In this document: positions 54,330-63,150 of the stretch, one piece after another
Position numbering within the stretch: position 1 is the stretch's first letter
Layout: every line of letters begins with the position of its first letter
NCBI GenBank assembly: GCA_018302465.1
Contig: JAGVZQ010000003.1
Location: 1-63,980 of the forward strand
DNA: 63,980 bases
Reading direction: 5' to 3'
Source of the DNA: Candidatus Woesearchaeota archaeon
GTDB taxonomy: Archaea > Nanobdellota > Nanobdellia > SCGC-AAA011-G17 > GW2011-AR20
Position numbers and translations under genes: made by a program
The notes under the pieces: generated by a model
What the model was told of the DNA's origin: nothing
Databases searched by the model: none
Seen by the model: only the letters and a program-made list of their open reading frames with translations

Positions 54330-54893
54330 ATGAATAAGCACAAAATAAAGTATCCTAAGCTTTTATTGCTTTTACTAACATTTGTAATCTCAATTATATT
54401 GTTCTATGAAGGCAAAACCTATCCTCCATTTAATGGTTTTCTTACATCATTAGGATATATTGGAGTGTTCTTAGGGGGCATATTCTATGCTTATGGATTT
54501 ACAGCAGCGCCAGCAACTGCAGCTTTGTTAGTTTTAGCAAAAGAACAGAATATTCTTCTTGCTGGATTAATAGGTGGTTTTGGAGCTTTAGTTAGTGATA
54601 TTATTATTTTTCTTTTCATAAAATACTCTTTTGCTGATGAAATAAAGAGATTAGAAAAAGAAAAAGTTGTAAAATTCTTAGAAAAAGAAGAAGAAAAATT
54701 CTTCGGCCATCATCATAAATATGTATTAGCAAGCTTAGCTGGTTTTTTAATAGCCTCTCCCCTCCCGTCAGAGATAGGCGTTACATTAATGGCCGCTTTG
54801 AAAAATATGTCAATAAAAAAATTCATGATAATTGCTTATTCACTTCATACAGTTGGGATAATTTTAATATTACTGATTGGTAATTTTATATAA
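54330..54893 (+). CDS. Polytopic membrane protein, unknown function
   Basis: 5 TM segments with a charged central loop. Confidence 0.35.
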   Translation: MNKHKIKYPKLLLLLLTFVISIILFYEGKTYPPFNGFLTSLGYIGVFLGGIFYAYGFTAAPATAALLVLAKEQNILLAGLIGGFGALVSDIIIFLFIKYSFADEIKRLEKEKVVKFLEKEEEKFFGHHHKYVLASLAGFLIASPLPSEIGVTLMAALKNMSIKKFMIIAYSLHTVGIILILLIGNFI

Positions 54894-54900
54894 ATTAAAT

Positions 54901-55365
54901 TTATTTATCAGAGAAATTTATAGTGCTAATATCAGGAAGTTCATCCACTTTCAAAACCTTATACCCTTCTAATTGCAGTTTTTTAACATAAGGATATAAT
55001 AGATTATTCTTTACCGCTAAGCATCTTGGGGATAATAAAACAGTTTTTGATTCTTTTCTTAAAAAAATAGGAAAATCTCCACAAACTTTTGGCCTTTCAG
55101 GATTAGAATGGATTCCACATTTAAAATCTTCTCTTAAACTAGGGCAGGGTTTGCCAGAACTACCTAAAAACAAAGACATTTTACCATTTTTCAGCTCTTT
55201 TATCTCATTTTTATACTCCTCTTTCTTATTATTAACCACAACATCCAGCTGTTTTTTGCTCATAACTAGATAGCCTTTTCTGCAGCAATATGACTTGCAG
55301 TCATTTATACAATAAGAGCTGATGCTCTTCCTCCCTTCATTTGCTATCTTATCTGCTTTATCCAT
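54901..55365 (-). CDS. YkgJ-family (UPF0153) Cys-cluster protein
   Basis: CINDCKSYCCRKG and CPSL..CGIH cysteine clusters. Confidence 0.55.
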   Translation of the reverse strand: MDKADKIANEGRKSISSYCINDCKSYCCRKGYLVMSKKQLDVVVNNKKEEYKNEIKELKNGKMSLFLGSSGKPCPSLREDFKCGIHSNPERPKVCGDFPIFLRKESKTVLLSPRCLAVKNNLLYPYVKKLQLEGYKVLKVDELPDISTINFSDK

Positions 55366-55395
55366 AAAAATATTCTAAAAATCAGGATTATAAGC

Positions 55396-55818
55396 TTATC
55401 TAACTAATTCCAAACAATCAGTTTTCATAGCTTCTATAGTTATCTGCTCGCATAAACCAGAGTCTTTAGAGTTTAAAGCCTTACTTAACCTAACAGAATT
55501 CATACAATTTTCATCAGTACAACTGGTTTCATCTTCATTGCTTAAAGCGCTTTTCAGATTAACATTCCTCAGACATTCATCTCTTTTCTCTAAATTATTA
55601 ATTTTTTCACATTCAGAAGCATCATTATTTAATGTAGCCATATTTGCCCTTATATTCGCGCATTCCAATAAACAGGATTCAACACCATTGCATTTTTCCT
55701 CGCACGTTTTCTCCCCTTCAATTACCTCAGCCTCTTTTGGAGAAAAAGCTATTGAAATTATAAATAGAATAACTAAAACAAAAATAGCTGCAAAAGATAT
55801 AATATACCTCTTATCCAT
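55396..55818 (-). CDS. Secreted or anchored Cys-rich protein (12 Cys), unknown function
   Basis: N-terminal TM/signal segment, repeated C-x3-C-like spacing (CEEKCNGVESCLLEC...). Confidence 0.4.
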   Translation of the reverse strand: MDKRYIISFAAIFVLVILFIISIAFSPKEAEVIEGEKTCEEKCNGVESCLLECANIRANMATLNNDASECEKINNLEKRDECLRNVNLKSALSNEDETSCTDENCMNSVRLSKALNSKDSGLCEQITIEAMKTDCLELVR

Positions 55819-55935
55819 TAAAATTCAATTAATCTTCTACTATTAAAAACATTACTTACCACGAAAAAATAGCAAATTTGCAATTTTACAATATCAAACC
55901 AAAAGTTTATATAAACAGATAGTAAAAAATATATT

Positions 55936-56475
55936 ATGAATAATCAAGCTAGTGTGAACATTACCACTGCAGTTGATTCATTAGTCTCTTTAGTGAATGA
56001 AAGAAAGAGAATCTCCATGGAAGAAGCAGCCCAAACTTTAGGTTTACCTGAAAGTATAATCAATGAATGGGCCTCATTTCTTGAAGAAGAGCATATCTTA
56101 GGCATTGAATATCAGATAACAACACCTTTTCTTGTAGCAGCAGAAGATTCAAAAGTAAAAGAAGAAAGGAGTACAGATGCAGGGATTGAAAAAGATCTTT
56201 TAATCAGAAAAATACAGTTCATGCTGGCTTCATTGGAAAAATTTAAAACAGATCCCACAATGGTTATAAGAAACAAAGAAGAATTATTAAAAGCAATAAA
56301 ATCAGGAGATACTTCAAGGGAAAATAAGTTATATATTCAAAAAATGTACTTACAGATAAAGCTTAAAGAACTCCTTGATGAGATTAGGAACAATAAAACA
56401 GAGGATTTATTCAAGATGAGCCAGGATGTAATGGTCCTGGAAAAAAGAAAAAAAGCATTTGAAAGCAATTTTTAA
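55936..56475 (+). CDS. Hypothetical protein with an N-terminal wHTH-like segment, first gene of the pilus-like locus
   Basis: RISMEEAAQTLGLPESIINEWASFLEEEHILGIEY. Confidence 0.35.
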   Translation: MNNQASVNITTAVDSLVSLVNERKRISMEEAAQTLGLPESIINEWASFLEEEHILGIEYQITTPFLVAAEDSKVKEERSTDAGIEKDLLIRKIQFMLASLEKFKTDPTMVIRNKEELLKAIKSGDTSRENKLYIQKMYLQIKLKELLDEIRNNKTEDLFKMSQDVMVLEKRKKAFESNF

Positions 56476-56490
56476 AAAAAGAGGTGAATA

Positions 56491-59400
56491 ATGGCAATTG
56501 TAGATTCCTATAGTTTCTATTCAGGAAACATACCGGTAAAAATAGCTATAGAAAGCGATAGAAACGAATTTGTTCTAATCTACAAAGTTTCAATTTCTCA
56601 AATAAGTGCAAATACAGATATAGTTCTGGATAAAATAAGGGAAGAGCTGATAGAAAAGGTAAAGCTGGGGATTGGAGACATTACAGATCCCAAAAAATTA
56701 GATTTTGTTAAGGAGAAATTTAAAAAAACAATTATTAACCTGATAAAAAAATACTTCCCAGATATCTCAGATGAAACTTTAGATTTTTTTACAACCTATT
56801 TAATGCACAAAAGCTTTGGTCTTGGAAAAGTAGAAATATTAATGAAAGACAAGGATCTTGAAGAGATAGTAATAAACAATGCAGAAGAGCCTATATGGGT
56901 ATATCACCATAAATACGGCTGGTTAAAAACAAATGTTCTGTTAAAAGATGAAGGATTGGTAAAGCACTATTCAAGTTTAATCGGAAGGAAGGTTGGAAGA
57001 AGTATTACTTTGTTAACCCCATTATTGGATGCAACATTGGAAACAGGAGACAGAGTAAATGCAACACTAAACCCAATTTCATCAAAAGGAAACACAATAA
57101 CAATAAGAAAGTTTTCTTCAGACCCAATAACAATTACAAAATTCATACAGAACCAGGTAATGAGCTACTCAACAGCAGCTTTAATCTGGTTAGGTGTTGA
57201 ATATGAATCCTCAGTTTTGATAAGCGGAGGGACGGCTTCGGGAAAAACGAGTGTCCTAAACGCAGTAGGAGAATTCTTCCCTCCAAATCAAAGAATTATC
57301 TCAGTTGAAGACAGTGTTTCAGGGGATTCTGAAATTGTTTACAAAGATAAAGGAGTAATAAAAAAATCAACAATAGGAAACTTAATTGACAGTCAAATAA
57401 AAATTGAAAAGATAGTTTTGCATGATGGTACGGAAATTGCAGAAAACAAAGATGTAGAAATTTTGAGCATGGATAATTATGGAAAAATTTCTTTAGCTAA
57501 ACCCAGTTCTTTTATAAGGCATAAGGTAAAAAAACCACTTATTGAGATAAGATTGTCAAGTGGTAGAAAAATAACTGTTACCAAAGATCATTCTTTATTT
57601 AGTCTAGTTGATAATAAAATTAAGGAAGTAAGCGGTTCTGAAATTAAGGAAGGAACTTTTTTAGCCACTCCTAGAAAAATAGAGTATGAAGGAAGTTTTA
57701 AAATTATAGACCTAAGCATCCATCTCGATAAATTTGAAGATTGCATGGTTTCAGGAAATGTCATAAAGAGATTAATACAGGAACATGGACTTGATTTAGT
57801 TAGAAACAAAAGTAACAGACAATATTATAGAAGAGAAGGAATAGTCCCTGTTGCAGTTTTTAAGAAATTATTGTCTTATATTAAAGAAGAAGACAAGAAA
57901 TCCCTGAGTATAGTTACAAAGAGAAGCCATAAAGAGGGGAGGACCCAATTGCCTTTGTTGATTAATATCGATAATAACTTTGCAACTATAGTGGGTATGT
58001 GGCTTGCAGATGGATGTTATGATATTAGGTCTGTATTGATTAGTGATCCAGCAAAGGAGTCTTGGGAAATTTTACATAAATTTGCAAATATTTTTGGTGC
58101 TAGAGTAAGGCCACATAGTGATAAGGTAACTGCTGTAATAAACTCAAAGATAATAAAGGTTTTATTTAAGGATATCTTGGAATTAAAAGGAAATGCCTAC
58201 ACCAAAAGAATCCCTATATGGGCATTTAACTTAAACAAAGAACTTTCATCTTCATTGCTTAAAGGATACTTCAGCGGGGATGGTACTGTTAAAAAAAATG
58301 AAATATGTGTAAACAGCGCTTCCAGGGGATTATTAAATGATGTTCAGACCCTATTGCTGAGATTTGAAATCCTTTTAAGGGTTAGTTGGAAGCTAAATAA
58401 AGACAAAACTTATGAATCTAGAATCGGTTGCTCTAAATTTTTAAAGAAATTCAAAATAGATATAGGTTTTGTTCAGAATTATAAAAATGTAAAACTAAAC
58501 AAAATATGCGACAGAAAACCTAGTGATTCCAGCGACATTATTCCCTTAGCTAAGAATACATATTTAAAATTAAAACATATCCTTGGAAAAGGTTTCAAAG
58601 AAAATATGCCATACACATCTTGGAAATCCTGGCATGGAAATTATAAAAATTCACATATTGGGAGAAGTTACTTTTCATTATTAATGAAAACTCTTGATAT
58701 CTCTTCAATTTCTTTTGTGGATTCGGAAATAAAAAATATCGTAAGTTTAAGCAAAAATGATATTTTCTGGGATAAAGTAATAGGAATTAAAGAAATAGAT
58801 TTTGAAGGATATGTTTATGACTTAAGCGTCCCAGAAAGAGAAAATTTTATTTGTAATAATATAATCGCCCATAACACTAGAGAAATAACTTTGCCTAAAT
58901 ATCTCCACTGGGTTCCTATGATTACAAGATTACCAAACATAGAAGGAAAAGGTGGGGTTTCTATGCTTGACTTAATAATTAATTCATTAAGAATGAGACC
59001 TGATAGAATAATGGTAGGAGAGATAAGAAGAAAGGAAGAAGCAGAAACATTATTTGAAGCCATGCATACAGGTCACTCAGTTTATGCTACATTGCATGCA
59101 AATAGTGCAGAAGAAACAGTTAACAGGTTGACAAATCCCCCCATTAATGTTCCTAGAACTCTCCTTCCTGCAATAGGAATGGTATTAGTTATGTACAGAA
59201 ACAGAAGAACAGGAATCAGAAGAATTTTCCAGATAGCAGAGATAACAAATGAATCTAATCCAAACGTGCTTTTGCAGTATGATATCTCTCAGGATAAAAT
59301 TTTAACAGCAAATGAATCTGTGAAATTTATGCCTGACCTTGAGATTCAGACAGGTATGTCAAAGAATGAAATAAACTTGGATCTGACAAATAAAATAAAC

Positions 59401-59514
59401 ATCTTAAAATGGATGGTAAAAAAGAATATCACAGATCTTGATGAAATTGGCAGAGTTATTGCAACTTATTACACAAATAAAGAGGGCTTATTAAAGTTCA
59501 TAAGTAAAAATTAA
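56491..59514 (+). CDS. FlaI/PilB/VirB11-class type IV pilus or archaellum assembly ATPase, interrupted by an intein
   Basis: Walker A ISGGTASGKTS. RIISVED|intein|TREITLP. MVGEIRRKEEAETLFEAMHTGH. The extein is about 486 aa. Confidence 0.9.
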   Translation: MAIVDSYSFYSGNIPVKIAIESDRNEFVLIYKVSISQISANTDIVLDKIREELIEKVKLGIGDITDPKKLDFVKEKFKKTIINLIKKYFPDISDETLDFFTTYLMHKSFGLGKVEILMKDKDLEEIVINNAEEPIWVYHHKYGWLKTNVLLKDEGLVKHYSSLIGRKVGRSITLLTPLLDATLETGDRVNATLNPISSKGNTITIRKFSSDPITITKFIQNQVMSYSTAALIWLGVEYESSVLISGGTASGKTSVLNAVGEFFPPNQRIISVEDSVSGDSEIVYKDKGVIKKSTIGNLIDSQIKIEKIVLHDGTEIAENKDVEILSMDNYGKISLAKPSSFIRHKVKKPLIEIRLSSGRKITVTKDHSLFSLVDNKIKEVSGSEIKEGTFLATPRKIEYEGSFKIIDLSIHLDKFEDCMVSGNVIKRLIQEHGLDLVRNKSNRQYYRREGIVPVAVFKKLLSYIKEEDKKSLSIVTKRSHKEGRTQLPLLINIDNNFATIVGMWLADGCYDIRSVLISDPAKESWEILHKFANIFGARVRPHSDKVTAVINSKIIKVLFKDILELKGNAYTKRIPIWAFNLNKELSSSLLKGYFSGDGTVKKNEICVNSASRGLLNDVQTLLLRFEILLRVSWKLNKDKTYESRIGCSKFLKKFKIDIGFVQNYKNVKLNKICDRKPSDSSDIIPLAKNTYLKLKHILGKGFKENMPYTSWKSWHGNYKNSHIGRSYFSLLMKTLDISSISFVDSEIKNIVSLSKNDIFWDKVIGIKEIDFEGYVYDLSVPERENFICNNIIAHNTREITLPKYLHWVPMITRLPNIEGKGGVSMLDLIINSLRMRPDRIMVGEIRRKEEAETLFEAMHTGHSVYATLHANSAEETVNRLTNPPINVPRTLLPAIGMVLVMYRNRRTGIRRIFQIAEITNESNPNVLLQYDISQDKILTANESVKFMPDLEIQTGMSKNEINLDLTNKINILKWMVKKNITDLDEIGRVIATYYTNKEGLLKFISKN
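57313..58875 (+). mobile_element. 521-aa intein (Ser1 ... His-Asn / Thr+1) with an embedded LAGLIDADG homing endonuclease domain
   Basis: Block A SVSGDSEIV, block B VTKDH, LAGLIDADG motifs IVGMWLADGCYD and LLKGYFSGDGTV, block G VYDLSVPERENFICNNIIAHN|T. Removing it restores the ED-TRE motif of the ATPase. Confidence 0.85.
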
Positions 59515-59515
59515 A

Positions 59516-60325
59516 ATGCTTTACGATAAACTAGCTAAATCCTTCCCAAATTTGAAGCTTAATCTTGCACAAGCAGCTATAAACACAACTCCTGAAAAAT
59601 TTATCAAGCAAAATATAACCTTAGCAACTTATCTTTCAATTGCAGTAACATTTATTGCAGCCTTATTTCTATTTAGAATAAAAAAAGAATTATTAATCTT
59701 CTTAATATTTTTGTTTCCTATAATTTACATTTTATCTTTCTTGTTTTTCATGAATGTACCGGTAGCAAAAGCTAGAAAAGGAGTGAGGGAGATAGACAAA
59801 GAAATTGTTTATGCAGGAAGATTCCTTCTTGTTGAGTTGAGTTCAGGTGTTCCTCTTTTTGATGCCATGACAAATGTTTCTAAAAGCTATCCTGCAATAG
59901 GAAAATATTTCCAGGAAATAATAAACAGGTCAGAAGTTGGAACTCCTATAGATGACGCAATTACAGAAGTAATGGAATTAACTCCAAGTGATAACTTCAG
60001 GAAATTATTATGGCAGATAATGAACTCTTTAAGAACAGGAGCGGATATAAGCTCTGCTTTAGAATCAATATTAGACCAGATTGGCCGTGAACAATTATTG
60101 GAAATGAAAAATTATGGTAAAAAATTAAATCCAATGGTGATGTTCTATCTTATGATTGCTGTAATAGTCCCGTCATTAGGCGTCACAATGTTAAGTTTAT
60201 TAAGCTCCTTTATCGGTTTGAATGTAAGTTTTGGAACTCTGATAGCAATCGCTGTTGGCACTACATTAATCCAGCTAGTCTTCCTCATATCAATTAAACA
60301 GAGCAGGCCAGGTATTGGAACATGA
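59516..60325 (+). CDS. T2SS-F/TadB-like polytopic protein (N-terminal half of a PilC/FlaJ-type platform)
   Basis: 269 aa, TM-cytoplasmic domain-TM layout. 4-nt overlap with the next gene. Confidence 0.65.
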   Translation: MLYDKLAKSFPNLKLNLAQAAINTTPEKFIKQNITLATYLSIAVTFIAALFLFRIKKELLIFLIFLFPIIYILSFLFFMNVPVAKARKGVREIDKEIVYAGRFLLVELSSGVPLFDAMTNVSKSYPAIGKYFQEIINRSEVGTPIDDAITEVMELTPSDNFRKLLWQIMNSLRTGADISSALESILDQIGREQLLEMKNYGKKLNPMVMFYLMIAVIVPSLGVTMLSLLSSFIGLNVSFGTLIAIAVGTTLIQLVFLISIKQSRPGIGT

Positions 60326-61350
60326 TAGAAACCTTAGAAAAATTATTTCTGTCCAGGTCTTTATCTGAAAAATTAAGATATGGCTTGGCAAAATCTGGAA
60401 TAAAAATGCCTTTTGAAGTCCTGTTCAAAAGATCGCTTATAGCTACAATTGTATTAAGCGTTCTTGGTTTGTTAATTTTTGGGGCAGGAGCTGTAAAAGG
60501 ACAAAGTGCTGCTAAAATACCATTGATCCTGTTAAGTACATGGGTCTTATCTTTCTTTTTCTCTTTTCTAGCAGTAGCTTTCTTGTCTTATGCAGTATTA
60601 ACTTATAAGAGATTTCAAAGAACAAAAGCTCTTGAATCTGTTCTAGCAGATTATCTTCAATTGGTCTCAGCAAACCTAGGAGCAGGAATGCCGATTGATC
60701 AGGCATTGTGGTATGCTATTCGTGAAAGATTCGGAGTTCTTTCAGAAGAAATGGAGTTAGTAGCAAAAAAAACAATGGCGGGAGATGATCTAAAAGAGGC
60801 TTTATTCGAATTTACCCAGCAGTATGATTCTGAATTGTTAAAAAGAAGTATGATCTTGTTAATAGAAGGATTAGATGCAGGAGGAGAAGTTGCATCTTTA
60901 GTAAACAATATTGCATGGAACGTAAGAGAGACTCAATTGTTAAACAAAGAAATAAAAGCAGACATAGTTACATATTCAATATTTGTAGGCTTTGCTTCAC
61001 TGGTTGCAGCACCAATATTATTTGCGCTAAGCTTCAGAATTAACATTTTAATGAATACTATCCTGAGCAAAATAGATTTGAGCGATGCATCTTCTTCAGG
61101 AGCAGCACTCTCAGGAGGTATCTCTCTATCCAATATTGGAGGGGGCTTATCACCATCAGATTTCAAAAATTTCGCTTTCATATCTCTAGGTTTAACTTCA
61201 TTAATATCAGCAATCTTAATCTCAGTTATAAGAGAAGGGAGTGCAAAAGCAGGATTTAAATACATCCCTTTATTTGTTATATTTGCAATACTGCTGTTTT
61301 TAACAGCATCCGCAATAATGACAGGATTATTTTCAGGTATGGGACTATGA
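60322..61350 (+). CDS. T2SS-F/TadC-like polytopic protein (C-terminal half of a PilC/FlaJ-type platform)
   Basis: 342 aa with the same domain layout. 4-nt overlap with the pilin gene. Confidence 0.65.
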   Translation: MIETLEKLFLSRSLSEKLRYGLAKSGIKMPFEVLFKRSLIATIVLSVLGLLIFGAGAVKGQSAAKIPLILLSTWVLSFFFSFLAVAFLSYAVLTYKRFQRTKALESVLADYLQLVSANLGAGMPIDQALWYAIRERFGVLSEEMELVAKKTMAGDDLKEALFEFTQQYDSELLKRSMILLIEGLDAGGEVASLVNNIAWNVRETQLLNKEIKADIVTYSIFVGFASLVAAPILFALSFRINILMNTILSKIDLSDASSSGAALSGGISLSNIGGGLSPSDFKNFAFISLGLTSLISAILISVIREGSAKAGFKYIPLFVIFAILLFLTASAIMTGLFSGMGL

Positions 61351-61814
61351 AAAAAGCACAGGCCGCAATGGAATTTTTAATGACCTACGGTTGGGCCGTA
61401 TTAGCAATAGCAGTAGTTGTAGGGTTATTATTCACTCTGGGAATTTTTGATTTGCCTGTTCCATCTACATGTGACATTCCAAACCCTTACATTTGTAGAG
61501 ATATGAAGATTGATTCTTCAACTGACGTCTTTACAATAAAGTTAGAAGCAGTAAACATAGATAATTCAAGAGATGAGAATAGGATAAATAGTATCACAAT
61601 AAATGGAAAAACTTGTACCTTGCTATCTTACTCAAGTCCGTTAAAAACCTCTGCAGATGCTCCAGTAACAGCAACATGTGATTTCAAAAATCCAGGCTGG
61701 AGAACAGATTTTTCAAAAAGTTCTAGATTCGAAGGAACAATAGCTTTAAGCTACATTAAATACGGAGGTAGTGTAAGAGCAGTAACAGGGACTTTCTCTG
61801 GAAAAACAGAATAA
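61347..61814 (+). CDS. Archaeal type IV pilin-like protein (class III signal peptide)
   Basis: MKKA|QAAMEFLMTYGWAVLAIAVVVGLL, with Glu at +5 after the putative cleavage site. Confidence 0.7.
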   Translation: MKKAQAAMEFLMTYGWAVLAIAVVVGLLFTLGIFDLPVPSTCDIPNPYICRDMKIDSSTDVFTIKLEAVNIDNSRDENRINSITINGKTCTLLSYSSPLKTSADAPVTATCDFKNPGWRTDFSKSSRFEGTIALSYIKYGGSVRAVTGTFSGKTE

Positions 61815-61876
61815 AACATGTAATGTAAAGTTAAAGGCAGTATTAATAATAAAAGCTTATAACTGAGGAAAATTAA

Positions 61877-62071
61877 ATGTCTATCTTAAGCACAGTTAAA
61901 ATCTTCTTAGAAGGTTGGAATCCCATAAAAAGAGAGGATGTTCCAAATTGGGTCAAAAAAAGTAAAGGCAACTTTTGGAAAGGAAATGATTTCCTCTATA
62001 GATTAGAAGAAGGAAGGTATTACAGGAAGAATAGGAATTTAACCGATCATAATAAAATCAAAAGAGAATAA
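61877..62071 (+). CDS. Hypothetical small basic protein
   Basis: ORF only. Confidence 0.2.
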   Translation: MSILSTVKIFLEGWNPIKREDVPNWVKKSKGNFWKGNDFLYRLEEGRYYRKNRNLTDHNKIKRE

Positions 62072-62160
62072 AATGGATAAAAGGGAAGGAAGTGATTTAT
62101 ACACCAAAGAGGTTTAGAAATCCTTTTGAACCTTAATCTTTTAAAATGAAAACAACATTT

Positions 62161-62189
62161 AACTTAACAATGCAAATAATCGTTAAGTT
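62161..62189. promoter_or_regulatory. Inverted repeat AACTTAAC-N13-GTTAAGTT just upstream of a TATA-like TTTAAATATT, ahead of the second pilin gene
   Basis: Read directly. 8-bp arms at 62161-62168 and 62182-62189. Confidence 0.3.
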
Positions 62190-62229
62190 TAAATATTAAA
62201 CAAAGTTTAAAAGAATTAATAAAAAATAG

Positions 62230-62703
62230 GTGAAGATTTTGAGATTAATACATAATAAAAAAGCACAGGCCGCAATGGAATTTTTAATGACCTATGGTTG
62301 GGCTATTTTAATTGTTATAGTTGCTATCGCAGCATTATTCTTTTTAGGTGTTTTCAGCGGTTCTGCACCAAATACTTGTCAGATGGATGCACCATTTAAT
62401 TGTATAGACTCCAATTCAGTGGATACTGTAATAGATTTACAAGTAGGAGTATTAAACAGTGTAAAGGAAATAAATAGCGCAGATATCACATTAACCTTAA
62501 ATGGAGATCCTGCTGCTTGTGCTACAACAATGGTTCCTGATCCACTTCCTTCCGGAGGTAAAACAACAATTACCTGTGTTCACAATCTAGAAGTAGATGA
62601 AAAGTTTAATGGAGAAATTGTTATAAGTTATGCCAACAAACAAGGATTAAGTGGTAAAGTAGCCAAAGGAACATTTTCAGGCACAATAAAATCCAGCACT
62701 TAA
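62230..62703 (+). CDS. Second type IV pilin-like protein (start uncertain: GTG 62230 or TTG 62239)
   Basis: ..NKKA|QAAMEFLMTYGWAILIVIVAIAALFFL. The 5' coding sequence is 46/48 identical to the first pilin gene. Confidence 0.7.
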   Translation: MKILRLIHNKKAQAAMEFLMTYGWAILIVIVAIAALFFLGVFSGSAPNTCQMDAPFNCIDSNSVDTVIDLQVGVLNSVKEINSADITLTLNGDPAACATTMVPDPLPSGGKTTITCVHNLEVDEKFNGEIVISYANKQGLSGKVAKGTFSGTIKSST

Positions 62704-63068
62704 TCTTCTTTTATTTTTTTAAATTCTAAAACATCCCCAATACTCACATATTTTGCAGTATCCTTTGGGAGTTCAATAACATACTTTGCCGGGCTTTTAG
62801 GAATAATTAAGGGCGTAAAGGACATCACATCCCTTTTCTTATCCACAACTTTATATTCCTTGTCAAGCCATACAATATCTATAGTAAAGAACACAAAAAA
62901 CATATGTAAAGTAGTCTCGAAAATGCCTTCTTGGTCAGCAACCAAAACTAATGCCTCCCCCCTTTTTAATGGCCTGGAAAACATTAAACCCTTAAGTTTA
63001 GATAGAACATCTTCATTAAACTTTACCTTATCAGCTAATACAACCCCCTTATTGATTATCTCAATCAT
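62700..63068 (-). CDS. DUF192-family protein
   Basis: LKGLMFSRPLKRGEALVL...IDIVWLD pattern. Confidence 0.6.
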   Translation of the reverse strand: MIEIINKGVVLADKVKFNEDVLSKLKGLMFSRPLKRGEALVLVADQEGIFETTLHMFFVFFTIDIVWLDKEYKVVDKKRDVMSFTPLIIPKSPAKYVIELPKDTAKYVSIGDVLEFKKIKED

Positions 63069-63150
63069 TAATAATAGGCTCAGTATTAATCTTTATAAGT
63101 ATTTTCATAGAAACGTTTAAATATACTATTTACAGAGATTTCTATAGAAA

